NCBI GenBank assembly: GCA_037134875.1
Contig: JBAXLH010000003.1
Span: 9,644 to 73,643 of the forward strand
DNA from: a bacterium
GTDB taxonomy: Bacteria > Patescibacteriota > Minisyncoccia > Phycocordibacterales > DATDWN01
Direction of reading: 5' to 3'
Length of the DNA: 64,000 nt
A model generated the notes under the pieces. The model made no database searches. It was not told where the DNA came from and saw only the letters and a program-made list of their open reading frames with translations. The translations under genes were made by a program, and so were the position numbers. How positions within the stretch are numbered: position 1 is the first letter of the stretch; each line of letters begins with the position of its first letter. Below are positions 1 through 9,327 of this stretch, one piece after another.

Positions 1-50
1 ATTGTACTCATTTATGTAAAAAAATAAAGCGGGTGTTAATCCGCTCGCTA

Positions 51-314
51 CTATTTTATTTTTTCCAACCAGAAACCTGAAAGATCAAGGGTTCCAACAC
101 CACCTCTTTGTCTAACCCAAATAGTCTGAGGGTGTTCTTTTAGAGATGCATCATTATTCATAGAGGTTTCAGTGACAACAAATGGACCACAAAAACCCCG
201 CTCAATCATTGAGAATAAAATATGTGACAAAATTTTATCTAAATCTTGTCTTTTCCATCGAACATTATCACCAACAACGAACATTTGTCTTGTCTCAACA
301 TTATCTTGTGCCAT
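51..314 (-). CDS. Hypothetical small protein (about 87 aa from ATG at 314; alternative GTG start at 329)
   Basis: ORF track 51..329. A GGAG Shine-Dalgarno sequence lies 7 nt upstream of the internal ATG at 314. No recognisable motif. Confidence 0.35.
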   Translation of the reverse strand: MAQDNVETRQMFVVGDNVRWKRQDLDKILSHILFSMIERGFCGPFVVTETSMNNDASLKEHPQTIWVRQRGGVGTLDLSGFWLEKIK

Positions 315-486
315 GATTTCTCCATCCACAAAACTACTCTTTTACAAAATTTTGTCAAACAAAAATCTTGTTGAAGCAAAACAATTTTTGAGACTTCGGA
401 CGCTGACGAGCGGAGATTGAGCGAAAGTCTAGCAAGACTTATCGCGTGCTCCAAAATTGTTTTGGTGAGAAAAAGACTTTTGTATA

Positions 487-1488
487 CTACAATAGTGTAG
501 GAGGATTTATTCCCAAATGCCTATATGCATGCTCAGTGGCGATGCGTCCGCGTGGTGTTCGGTCAATAAAACCGATTTGGATGAGGTATGGTTCGTTGAA
601 TTCTTCAATAGTCGCTTCTTCCTCGGAAAGTGACGAGGCGATGGTGTTGAGTCCCACTGGTCCACCACCAAATTTATTTATAATAGTCTCCAAAATCTCT
701 CTGTCGGCAAAGGTGAGTCCCTTTTCATCAACCCCAAGCAGTTTGAGTGCTTCCTCAACAGACTCGAGTGTCAAATCTGTTTTGTTGACCTGTGCAAAAT
801 CACGAGCGCGTTTCAAAAAATAGTTTGCTGTTCTCGGTGTGTAGCGACTGCGTTTGGAAATTTCCTCGCCAGCTTCTCTATGAATTTCTACACCAAGAAT
901 TCCTGCTGATCTCCCAACTATCTTTTGTATTTCTTCTGGGGTATAAAATTCCAATTTGAAGATACCACCGGAAAAGCGAGAGCGTAGGGGAGAGGAAATC
1001 ATTGCGATACGAGTCGTGGCACCGATCAAAGTGAATGGCGGAAGCTCTAGCTGGATCGTACGAGCAGACGGACCTTTGCCAATAATAATATCAAGTGAGC
1101 CGGATTCCATAGCGGGGTAGAGCACCTCTTCGATTGTTTTGTTGAGACGATGAATTTCATCAATAAACAAAATGTCTCCTGGTGAGAGGTTTGTCAGAAT
1201 AGATGCAAGGTCGCCAACTTTTTCAATAGCTGGTCCGGAGGTAACTTTCATTTGAGTCTGCATTTCCTTGGCTATGAGGTGGGCGAGTGTGGTTTTGCCG
1301 AGCCCTGGTGGTCCATAAAAGAGTATGTGTTCCGGCGGATGTTCGCGTTCCTTGGCTGCAGTAAGGAGTATATGCAGGTTCTTTTTTATGTTTGTCTGTC
1401 CCACATATTCGTCCCATTTTGATGGACGGAGGGTGGTATCCAAAAAAAGATTGTCTTTGTCGGATGTGTCTGCGATTGTCTTTTTCAT
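487..1488 (-). CDS. ruvB: Holliday junction branch-migration ATPase RuvB
   Basis: Walker [19 protein letters not shown], sensor motifs and a RuvB-like C-terminal winged helix. The 333 aa length is typical. Confidence 0.95.
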   Translation of the reverse strand: MKKTIADTSDKDNLFLDTTLRPSKWDEYVGQTNIKKNLHILLTAAKEREHPPEHILFYGPPGLGKTTLAHLIAKEMQTQMKVTSGPAIEKVGDLASILTNLSPGDILFIDEIHRLNKTIEEVLYPAMESGSLDIIIGKGPSARTIQLELPPFTLIGATTRIAMISSPLRSRFSGGIFKLEFYTPEEIQKIVGRSAGILGVEIHREAGEEISKRSRYTPRTANYFLKRARDFAQVNKTDLTLESVEEALKLLGVDEKGLTFADREILETIINKFGGGPVGLNTIASSLSEEEATIEEFNEPYLIQIGFIDRTPRGRIATEHAYRHLGINPPTLL

Positions 1489-1887
1489 AGTGTAAATTAT
1501 ATCACAAAAAAACCGCTCAAAATCGGCTTGACATACTATTTCTTTTATGATAGACTTCCCGTACTAAGTGGTGGCATTGAAAACAGAGAGTCATGTGCGC
1601 TTTTTGAGGCTCCAAAATATAAATCTCTAAGCAACTGGCCCTTACGGGCTACGAGTTTTTCTGCGAGGACATTCTGGGTAATACCTTGTGTATTATTCTG
1701 GAATCATCCTTGGCGAAATACTTAGCTTTTGGTTTGATTATTGAAAGTGTTGCTTAGAGATTTATGTTTTGGATTTTTTTGTACCCAAATCAGTCTCTCT
1801 CTTTTTTATTATCCACAATACACATTCTTTATCAAGTGACTTTTGCACTATAACCCGAGCAAAAATTAAATCAACTTTACAAATCAG

Positions 1888-1921
1888 AAAAAATTTCTCA
1901 CACGCGTGAGAAATTTTTTTG
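1888..1921. terminator. Rho-independent terminator downstream of pilB, probably bidirectional (perfect 11-bp palindrome aaatttctcac/gtgagaaattt flanked by A and T runs)
   Basis: Hairpin plus U-run seen directly in the sequence. Confidence 0.7.
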
Positions 1922-1925
1922 TATA

Positions 1926-3638
1926 TTATTCTTTTTCAACATCTACCACTCGCTCGAGCTCTTCGAGAGTCGTCATTCCTTGGAGAATTTTCAAAATACC
2001 GTCTTGTTTGAGGTCCAAAATGTTTTGCGATAGTGATGCTTTTTTTATATCTCGCTCACTTGGGTTGTCTTTCACTACTTTTTCAATATTTTCATCCATC
2101 AAAATCGCCTCGTAAATGCCGATTCGTCCTTTGTAGCCGGTCATATTGCATTTTTCGCATCCAACGTTTTGCCAGATATGCGTCGTGTCTATTCCGTCGA
2201 GGTATGTTTTGTCAGCGACACTCGCGATAACTTTGTCGATGAGAGTTTTGTTGTCGCCCTCTAGAGTGATTTGTTTTTTACAATTGGTGCAAAGTTTTCT
2301 CACGAGTCGCTGAGCCATTGCAATATTGAGAGCGGACGAAAGAATTTTTGGATCAACACCGAGATCAACGAGACGTGGAAATGTGCCTGCAGCTGTGTTG
2401 GTGTGCAGGGTAGAGAAGACAAGGTGACCGGTCAGAGCCGAGTTCACGGCAATCTCCGCTGTCTCTTCGTCTCGAATTTCACCCACCATAATAATATCTG
2501 GGTCTTGTCGCAGAGCACTACGCAGTCCTTCGACGAATCCATAATTTTTCTTTTCGTCTGTTTGTGTTTGTACGATGCCGGGCAAATGGTACTCGATCGG
2601 ATTTTCAATCGTAATTATTTTTATATCCGGTGTGTGAATTTTTTTCAGAAACGCGTACAGCGATGTAGTCTTTCCAGAGCCAGTCGGTCCGGTGTTGAGG
2701 AGCATTCCGCTTGGTTTGTTCATTTCGTGCAAAATAATTTTGAGAAGGCGAGGATGAATACCGAGATCCTCGAGTGGCACGGAAATAGCATTTGGATTGA
2801 GTACTCGGAGCACGATCGAGTCGTTGTATGCACCTGGCAAGATAGATGTTCGGATTTCCACTTCGCTGTCGCCAATTTTGATACTAAATCGTCCGTCTTG
2901 TGCACCAGAGACATTGAGCTTGAGGTTTGAGACTAGCTTGAGTCGCGAGAGAAGTAGTTTGTATGTCTCGTTATCAAATTGCAAAATCTCTGTGAGCATA
3001 CCATCGAGTCTGTATCGGAGTCGCACATAATCCTCCTCGGGTTCCATATGAATATCTGATGAGCCTGTGGCCAGCGCACCTGCGAGCGTGATTTCCAAAA
3101 TGCGCGAGATGCGATAACTCTTTTTCATCTGCAATGTTTCGCCAATGAGGTTTTGTACATCGGGAATTGTGTGCACTTTTGAGAGAAACTCGGTGATCTG
3201 TTCGTTGGAGATGTCGAGCGCGCCTGATTTTGTTTCAAATGAATACGACAAGTCTTTGTACCTGTCCCAGACTTTGCCGAGACTTGCGTGTGAGACCATA
3301 AAGACTTCAACTTTGTATCCGCGCTCTTCGAGTTTTTTCAGAGTTTCTTGTGTTTTTGGATTTTGTGGAGAGAGTGCACCGACGGAGACGATCTTGTTGA
3401 CTTCGTTGAAGACGGCGACTTGTGCTTCTCGTGCCTCGAGTTCGGGAATGAGACGGAGTGCATCAATGTTAATCGGTGTGACAGTGAGGTCGAGGTAGGG
3501 GACAGAATATTTTGAAGAGAGCATTTGTGCCAAGTTTTCTTCTTCTTGTTTGCGAAGATCATCAACCCGCTTGTTTTGTTTGTCTTCATCGAATGTGACC
3601 ATACATATATGATAGCATAAAATTTTTTCAGTTCCCAA
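1926..3638 (-). CDS. pilB: Type IV pilus / type II secretion assembly ATPase (PilB/GspE family)
   Basis: Walker A GPTGSGKTT; GspE N-terminal domain; C-terminal tetracysteine CTNC...CEKC zinc motif. Start uncertain: TTG at 3638 in the ORF track, first ATG at 3602. Confidence 0.9.
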   Translation of the reverse strand: MGTEKILCYHICMVTFDEDKQNKRVDDLRKQEEENLAQMLSSKYSVPYLDLTVTPINIDALRLIPELEAREAQVAVFNEVNKIVSVGALSPQNPKTQETLKKLEERGYKVEVFMVSHASLGKVWDRYKDLSYSFETKSGALDISNEQITEFLSKVHTIPDVQNLIGETLQMKKSYRISRILEITLAGALATGSSDIHMEPEEDYVRLRYRLDGMLTEILQFDNETYKLLLSRLKLVSNLKLNVSGAQDGRFSIKIGDSEVEIRTSILPGAYNDSIVLRVLNPNAISVPLEDLGIHPRLLKIILHEMNKPSGMLLNTGPTGSGKTTSLYAFLKKIHTPDIKIITIENPIEYHLPGIVQTQTDEKKNYGFVEGLRSALRQDPDIIMVGEIRDEETAEIAVNSALTGHLVFSTLHTNTAAGTFPRLVDLGVDPKILSSALNIAMAQRLVRKLCTNCKKQITLEGDNKTLIDKVIASVADKTYLDGIDTTHIWQNVGCEKCNMTGYKGRIGIYEAILMDENIEKVVKDNPSERDIKKASLSQNILDLKQDGILKILQGMTTLEELERVVDVEKE

Positions 3639-3778
3639 ACCATTCGCAGACTTTTGGCTCGGATACCAACAATTTTTTCTAGCCGTGAGCGTTTAGTCCT
3701 GTGTAACAAGGACCGACCGCAGGGAGTCCGCGGAAGGCAGAAAAAATTGTGCCGTATCCGACAAAAGGCGAGGACGGT
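3637..3778 (-). ncRNA. Conserved 142-nt structured element, copy 1, immediately upstream of pilB. Candidate cis-regulatory 5' leader; strand tentative.
   Basis: Near-identical blocks shared with 56044..56185 (aaaccattcgcagacttttg; ttttttctagccgtgagcgtttagtcctgtgtaacaaggaccgac; gagtccgcggaaggcagaaaaaa; caaaaggcgaggacggt). They are separated by variable blocks of identical length that are mutually complementary within each copy. Confidence 0.5.
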
Positions 3779-3879
3779 GCGGGAATGAAAAAAAATTTTA
3801 TGTTTTCCTGTGCAATGTCTCAAAAAAATATGCAACGAAAATATTGAGAAAACCTCTGTTTTAATGGGTTTTTTGAGTA

Positions 3880-3908
3880 TTGACAAAATGTGTGTGTTGG
3901 TGTATAAT
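3880..3908 (+). promoter_or_regulatory. Near-consensus sigma70 promoter: TTGACA, 17-nt spacer, TATAAT. An AAGGAGG Shine-Dalgarno sequence follows at 3913..3919.
   Basis: ttgacaaaatgtgtgtgttggtgtataat, then aaggagg 6 nt before the ATG at 3926. Confidence 0.6.
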
Positions 3909-3925
3909 ATACAAGGAGGTGCGCA

Positions 3926-4627
3926 ATGCACAAACTGGTAATTTTCATGGTATTTTCGGTCTTTTTTCTCGGCGGTTGTGCTGAGAAAAAGAAGGCGGGA
4001 ATGAAAACTCCGCCGACGCCGACAACCAAGACGGCGCGGACGAAGTCCGCGCTGGAGATGAAATGCGACTCAGCGCCAACGCCGCGCGAGAAGGCAATCT
4101 GCCTCTCGGCGCAGGCTCGCGAGCTCGAGGGGCTCGCGAGAAAGGCCGACGGCGAGGCTCGGAAGTCCGAGCCGAAGTCGGTCGCGATCGAGCGCAAGAA
4201 GCTCGAGGCGACCGAGAAGCGCCAAGCCCGATCGGAGAAGGCGTTTCGCGACGCCATCATCCGGTCCGGTGTGACGGGTTGTCCCGAAGTTTGGGTCAGC
4301 CCGTCGGCCGTCAGGCCTGCTTACGGTTTCGTCAACGCGCGATACGCGATCGTGAACGGCAATCCCGTTCCGATCGAGATTCGCGAGGATGCTACTGGGC
4401 AGGTGGTTGTCCGGGGCCTGTGCCCGGGCAAAAGTATGACCCTCACCAAGGTCATGCCCGTCTGGCAGGACGGGACACAGTTTCAAGTGTCCTACACTGC
4501 CACCGGCACGATTTCTGGCCGGCCGGCGATCGCTCACTCGCCGACAACGATGTTGTCGGTGTACCAGGCGCAGTACCAGGCAACCACCCTGGTACAGTGG
4601 GACATCCGCCTGCAACTGCTCCAGTAG
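3926..4627 (+). CDS. Putative lipoprotein (signal peptide + LGGC lipobox); the body lies in an anomalously high-GC segment
   Basis: N-terminus MHKLVIFMVFSVFFLGGC. Consensus promoter and Shine-Dalgarno sequence upstream. From about 3990 to 4740 the DNA is GC-rich and ORFs appear in several frames. Function unknown. Confidence 0.5.
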   Translation: MHKLVIFMVFSVFFLGGCAEKKKAGMKTPPTPTTKTARTKSALEMKCDSAPTPREKAICLSAQARELEGLARKADGEARKSEPKSVAIERKKLEATEKRQARSEKAFRDAIIRSGVTGCPEVWVSPSAVRPAYGFVNARYAIVNGNPVPIEIREDATGQVVVRGLCPGKSMTLTKVMPVWQDGTQFQVSYTATGTISGRPAIAHSPTTMLSVYQAQYQATTLVQWDIRLQLLQ

Positions 4628-4696
4628 TAGGGAGACGCACTCATAGAATTGCGCTCCTCCACCATCAACTGACCAAAGGAGAAATCCTGAGGCTTG

Positions 4697-4724
4697 GCTC
4701 CCGACTTGTCGGGGGCTTTTTTTG
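4697..4724 (+). terminator. Rho-independent terminator (cccgac-ttg-gtcggg + T-run) after the lipoprotein gene
   Basis: Hairpin and U-tract seen directly. Confidence 0.6.
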
Positions 4725-4758
4725 TGTAAAAATGATATGATGTTTCTGAAAACATACT

Positions 4759-5214
4759 ATGAAGTATATAACTCACAATTTGGAAGAAACACAAAAGGTT
4801 GCGCACGAGTTTGTCGACTATATTTTTTCGCACCAAAACGACAAAAAAATTTCAGGCGCGACGATTGTTGGTTTGTACGGTGACCTTGGTGCAGGCAAAA
4901 CATCTTTTACTCAGGGAGTAGCACGAGCACTTGGTATTGATGAGACAATAGTCAGTCCGACATTTGTGATTGAAAAGATTTATGAGCTACCACTTCAAGG
5001 CCGGCCGTTTGTGCATTTTATACATATTGATGCATACCGACTAGAACACTCGAGTGAGCTCGTGAGTCTCGGCTGGCAAAAAATCATTTCCGACCCGACA
5101 AATCTTATTTTCATCGAATGGCCAGAGCGTGTGGGAGACATTATGCCCGAGCATATCAAAATAAATCTAGAGCATACGGCAGATGGTGGACGACAAATTG
5201 AAACATTTTCATAA
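4759..5214 (+). CDS. tsaE: tRNA threonylcarbamoyladenosine biosynthesis protein TsaE (YjeE P-loop ATPase)
   Basis: GDLGAGKTSFTQGVARALGI Walker A. Size about 150 aa. Confidence 0.85.
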   Translation: MKYITHNLEETQKVAHEFVDYIFSHQNDKKISGATIVGLYGDLGAGKTSFTQGVARALGIDETIVSPTFVIEKIYELPLQGRPFVHFIHIDAYRLEHSSELVSLGWQKIISDPTNLIFIEWPERVGDIMPEHIKINLEHTADGGRQIETFS

Positions 5215-5227
5215 AAGAAAAAGTCCC

Positions 5228-5782
5228 TTACGGGACCTTGATCAGCATTTCTTCTATTTTGGCAAAGGCTGTGAGGTTTTGCCGATCGATGACAATTTCT
5301 CGAGCACCCTCGAGAGAAATCCATTGTGATGCAAAAAATTCCGTCATATCGACAGCGAATTCTCTGCCGTCTGTTGGAATCGCGTACCAAATATCATAAT
5401 GCATTCTGCATGTTGAATTTGGTCTCGTAGGAATTTTTGTCATTGTCAAAAGAAATGGTTGGTATGTCTCAGGTTTTTTGATTTCAAAACCAAGCTCCTC
5501 CATAACTTCTCTTTTCAGAGTATCGGTCGGAGTTTCGTCCTTGTCCAAATGTCCGCCGGGCGCGAGCCACAGGCCGGACTTTTTGTGATGAATGAGAAAG
5601 ATTTCTCCGGTCTCCGGATTGTATGGTAGGAAATAGGTGCAGAAATGACTTGTGCTATTTTCTGCTTTTGAAATATCTCCCGCGACAATTCGTTTCAAGT
5701 ATCCAACATAAACTGGCGGGGAACAAATTGATCTATTTGTCAGATCATATATAGATTGAATAATCGACATAGTTTTCCTCAT
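5228..5782 (-). CDS. NUDIX hydrolase
   Basis: Nudix box GGHLDKDETPTDTLKREVMEELG. Start uncertain: ATG at 5782 or 5770; the ORF track extends to 5875 and would overlap polA. Confidence 0.75.
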   Translation of the reverse strand: MRKTMSIIQSIYDLTNRSICSPPVYVGYLKRIVAGDISKAENSTSHFCTYFLPYNPETGEIFLIHHKKSGLWLAPGGHLDKDETPTDTLKREVMEELGFEIKKPETYQPFLLTMTKIPTRPNSTCRMHYDIWYAIPTDGREFAVDMTEFFASQWISLEGAREIVIDRQNLTAFAKIEEMLIKVP

Positions 5783-5822
5783 ACAAAATAGCTCAATTTG
5801 TCTGCTTTCGCAATATGATATA

Positions 5823-8204
5823 ATGCTCATAATGGCAAAAAAGGAAACCAAAAAAGATAACCCTCGGAAAACCATCGTACTTTTGGATGTGCATGCTATT
5901 TTGCATCGCGCGTATCATGCTCTGCCGGATTTCCGTTCTGGAAAAGGCGAGCCGACAGGAGCGCTCTACGGACTCTGCACACTACTTATCAAACTCATCA
6001 AAGATTTGAAACCGGATTATATTATTGCTTGTTACGATTTGCCAGGAGCCACACAACGTCACGAAGTGTACGCCGACTACAAAGCTGGTCGCAAGAAAAC
6101 CGACGACGAACTTATTTTCCAGCTGGAGCGCTCGAAAGATGTTTTCAAAGCATTTAACATCCCAATGTATTCATCTCCGGGATTTGAGGCGGATGATATG
6201 CTCGGTACGATTGTTGAAAAAGTAAAAGATGACAAACAGATTGATGTGGTTATTGCCTCGGGCGATATGGATACTCTACAACTGGTGAGTGGTGAAAAGG
6301 TTCGTGTTTATACACTCAAAAAAGGAATCAAAGATACTGTTATTTACAACGAGGATGGTGTGGTGGAGCGGTTTGGGTTTGGGCCGGAGCTTTTGCCGGA
6401 CTACAAGGGACTGCGCGGAGATCCGTCTGACAATATTATCGGCATTCCGGGAATTGGAGAAAAAACAGCACAAGAACTTATTTTGAAATTTGGCAGTCTC
6501 GAGGAGATCTACAAAAAACTAAAAAAAGATACAGCTCAGTTCGAAAAAGCTGGAATCAAAAAACGGATTATTGAACTCCTCAAGGAAAATGAAGAGGAAG
6601 CAATGTTTTCGAAAATGTTGGCAACTATCAGAAAAGATGCGCCGATATTTTTTACTGTGCCGGAAAAAAGTTTCAAGGAAAGTGTTGAAATAGAAAAAGT
6701 TGAGGAAATGTTCCATGATTTGGAGTTTCGATTGCTCGGTACAAAAGTGCGTGATGTACTCGGTATTATAGAGTCGGAGGAGGCGCGGGAAGGCGAGAGC
6801 GAGGAGGATATCGCCGAGGCAGGGCTTATGCTCTGGGTACTCGATTCCAACAAAACCGAGCCGGAGCGAGGAGATATTTTGTCTTTCACTCGTACGAGAC
6901 ATATCACAGATGCTAAAAAAGTTTTGGAGAAAATGGTGCACGATCAGAAACTTGATGTTGTGCTCGACAAAATAGAGAAACCTTTGACACCGATTACAAA
7001 AGAAATGAAGAAGATTGGTATCAAAATAGATGTGGAGCGTCTCGCCGAACTTTCAAAAAAATATCATACGGAACTTGATTCTTTGGAAAAGAAAATTTGG
7101 AATATTGCCGGTGTAGAGTTTAATATCGCCTCACCAAAACAGCTCGGAGAAATTTTGTTTGTTAAACTGGGGCTCAAACCAAAAAATCAAAAGAAAACAT
7201 CCACCGGTGCGTATTCTACAAAGGAGTCAGAGCTCGAGAAACTGACCGACGAGCATCCGATTGCTGGTATGGTACTCGAATACAGAGAGCTTGCAAAACT
7301 CCTCGGTACATATATTGATACGATTCCGACACAAGTCGACGAGCACCACAGACTTCACGCCGACTTTTCTCAGACAGGTACGACGACTGGTAGAATGTCA
7401 TCACAAAATCCAAATTTGCAAAACATTCCAAACAGAACCGATCTTGGTCGCGAGATTCGTAAATCATTTGTGACGGAAAAAGGATGGAAACTTGTTTCGT
7501 TTGACTATTCACAGATCGAGCTTCGCATTGCCGCATTTTTGTCGGGCGACAAAAAAATGATTGAGATTTTCAAAACAGGACAGGATGTGCATACTGCGGT
7601 AGCGAGCGAAGTGTTTGGTGTCGAGCCGGCAGAGGTAACAAAAGAAATGCGTGCAAAAGCAAAAGTGATAAACTTTGGTGTGATGTACGGAATGGGAGTC
7701 ACGGCTCTGCAAAAAAATATCGGCACTGACAGAAAAGAGGCACAAGAATTTTTGGACGGATATTTCAATACATTTTCTGGACTGGCGGAATACCTGGAAA
7801 ACGTAAAAAGAGAAACGGCACAAAAAGGCTACACAGAGACGTTTTTTGGCCGTCGCAGATATTTTCCTGACATTGCGTCAAAGTTGCCATTTATGCGTGC
7901 TCAGGCGGAGCGAATGGCGATTAACGCGCCTATTCAGGGAACCGAGGCTGATATTATCAAACTTGCAATGATTGAAGTTGATCATTTTTTGTCACAAAAA
8001 AATATAAAAAACGATGTGAGGCTTCTCCTACAGGTGCATGATGAGCTCGTGTATGAAATCAAAGAAAATATTGTGGATTCTGTAGCGCCGGAAATAAAAC
8101 GAATAATGGAAACCATTATTGATCCAAAAAAGACATCTGGAGTCATTTGTGTGGCAAACGCATCTAGTGGTGACAACTGGGGAGAAATGGAAAAAATAAA
8201 ATAA
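5823..8204 (+). CDS. polA: DNA polymerase I (5'-3' exonuclease + polymerase domains)
   Basis: N-terminal 5' nuclease domain. Polymerase motifs RAKAKVINFGVMYGMG and QVHDELVYE. At 793 aa it is shorter than E. coli Pol I, which suggests a reduced 3'-5' exonuclease region. Confidence 0.95.
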   Translation: MLIMAKKETKKDNPRKTIVLLDVHAILHRAYHALPDFRSGKGEPTGALYGLCTLLIKLIKDLKPDYIIACYDLPGATQRHEVYADYKAGRKKTDDELIFQLERSKDVFKAFNIPMYSSPGFEADDMLGTIVEKVKDDKQIDVVIASGDMDTLQLVSGEKVRVYTLKKGIKDTVIYNEDGVVERFGFGPELLPDYKGLRGDPSDNIIGIPGIGEKTAQELILKFGSLEEIYKKLKKDTAQFEKAGIKKRIIELLKENEEEAMFSKMLATIRKDAPIFFTVPEKSFKESVEIEKVEEMFHDLEFRLLGTKVRDVLGIIESEEAREGESEEDIAEAGLMLWVLDSNKTEPERGDILSFTRTRHITDAKKVLEKMVHDQKLDVVLDKIEKPLTPITKEMKKIGIKIDVERLAELSKKYHTELDSLEKKIWNIAGVEFNIASPKQLGEILFVKLGLKPKNQKKTSTGAYSTKESELEKLTDEHPIAGMVLEYRELAKLLGTYIDTIPTQVDEHHRLHADFSQTGTTTGRMSSQNPNLQNIPNRTDLGREIRKSFVTEKGWKLVSFDYSQIELRIAAFLSGDKKMIEIFKTGQDVHTAVASEVFGVEPAEVTKEMRAKAKVINFGVMYGMGVTALQKNIGTDRKEAQEFLDGYFNTFSGLAEYLENVKRETAQKGYTETFFGRRRYFPDIASKLPFMRAQAERMAINAPIQGTEADIIKLAMIEVDHFLSQKNIKNDVRLLLQVHDELVYEIKENIVDSVAPEIKRIMETIIDPKKTSGVICVANASSGDNWGEMEKIK

Positions 8205-8206
8205 AT

Positions 8207-8623
8207 ATGGCAGAAATAAAATTACAAGTCGGAGTAAAAATTTTTTTGAAAAATACAGAAGGGAAATTTTTGTTTGTAAAAAGAAATCCAGAAAAATATA
8301 AAAATGTGAAAGGCGAATGGGATATTGTTGGTGGGAGAATAAATCCAGGAAGTGTTTTACTTGATAACTTGAGGAGGGAGGTGGACGAAGAGACAAAACT
8401 AAAAATTATTTCAGAGCCGGTGCTTGTCACAGTTCAGGATATTATTCCAAACCAAGAAAAACATGTAGTTCGTATTTCGTATGTCGGAGAAACGGTGGGA
8501 GAGCCGGTTTTAGACACGAGTGAAAATATTGAATACAAATGGCTTACGCTTGATGAAGTGAAAAAACAGGAAAATATTGATATGTACGCGAAAGAAATTA
8601 TTGATAAGGGTTTAATACAATGA
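8207..8623 (+). CDS. NUDIX hydrolase
   Basis: Nudix box GGRINPGSVLLDNLRREVDEETKL. Confidence 0.8.
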   Translation: MAEIKLQVGVKIFLKNTEGKFLFVKRNPEKYKNVKGEWDIVGGRINPGSVLLDNLRREVDEETKLKIISEPVLVTVQDIIPNQEKHVVRISYVGETVGEPVLDTSENIEYKWLTLDEVKKQENIDMYAKEIIDKGLIQ

Positions 8624-9327
8624 TCTATTTTTTGCATGGCACTGATACGCACAAAACACGGAGAAAACTCCATGAGGTTTTGGATATTTTGAAAAAGAAA
8701 AGACCGAATGCGGAGGTATTTAAAATAACAGCAGAAAATTGGAGTGAGTCACGTCTCACCGAACTTCTTTCATCACAAGGACTCTTTGATGAAAAATATA
8801 TTGTTATTCTCGATGGACTCCTCGACAAAGGTGAATCAAAGGATTGTATCATGGGAAATTTGGGAGAAATTCAAAAATCAATTCATCCGTTTCTCATAAT
8901 GGAGAGAAAAATCGATGTGAGGAATGTTGAAAAGGTAAAAAAAGTTTCCGAGAAATTTTTTGAATTTGTAACTCCACCCAAAGACGAAACAGGAATCTTT
9001 GTTATCACAAAACCACTTGTAGAAAAAGACAAAAAAGGATTGTGGATAACTTACACAAAACTTCTCCAAGATGATGTTGCTCCCGAGGAAATTCACGGAG
9101 TTATTTTTTGGCAGATCAAAAATATGATTCTTGCTTCTCGGTCAAAAGATACAAAGGAGTCGGGATTAACCCCATTTCAATACAAGATTGCTCTCTCGGG
9201 CGGTCGACAGTACAAAGACGAGGAATTAATACAGATGTCGAACGATTTGGTGGAGATGACTCACAAAGTCCGTAGCGGAAAAGGGGACTTGGAAATTATG
9301 CTCGAAAAGTGGATTTTGAGCCTGTAG
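8620..9327 (+). CDS. DNA polymerase III delta subunit-like protein (HolA-like)
   Basis: N-terminus MIYFLHGTDTHKTRRKL resembles HolA (MIYLLYGED...). Start overlaps the upstream gene by 4 nt. Shorter than canonical HolA. Confidence 0.45.
   Translation: MIYFLHGTDTHKTRRKLHEVLDILKKKRPNAEVFKITAENWSESRLTELLSSQGLFDEKYIVILDGLLDKGESKDCIMGNLGEIQKSIHPFLIMERKIDVRNVEKVKKVSEKFFEFVTPPKDETGIFVITKPLVEKDKKGLWITYTKLLQDDVAPEEIHGVIFWQIKNMILASRSKDTKESGLTPFQYKIALSGGRQYKDEELIQMSNDLVEMTHKVRSGKGDLEIMLEKWILSL

Noticed and set aside
395-445. Hammerhead-ribozyme-like string CUGACGAG...CGAAAG upstream of ruvB
   Set aside because: The flanking segments (gagcgg / gagcga) are a direct repeat, not complementary, so stem II cannot form. 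The consensus core is incomplete.
3720-3750. Resemblance of GAGUCCGCGGAAGGCAG in the recA/pilB element to the SRP RNA domain IV motif (GUCCGGAAGGAAGCAGC)
   Set aside because: The element is present in two copies, each abutting a gene start. It lacks the complementary SRP helix 8 strand and the rest of the 4.5S architecture. The similarity is limited to about 12 nt.
3338-3931. 197-aa minus-strand ORF, and the N-terminal extension of the recA ORF (54938..56116), that share the peptide [12 protein letters not shown]
   Set aside because: The shared peptide is just the translation of the conserved 142-nt nucleotide element in one frame. The frames are not maintained relative to the downstream genes (out of frame at pilB). 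The sequences between the conserved blocks have drifted freely. This is not a protein-coding repeat.
4063-4740. Overlapping 225-aa (+) and 181-aa (-) ORFs inside the high-GC block
   Set aside because: These are typical alternative-frame open reading frames caused by high GC content. Only the frame at 3926 has a promoter, a Shine-Dalgarno sequence and a signal peptide.
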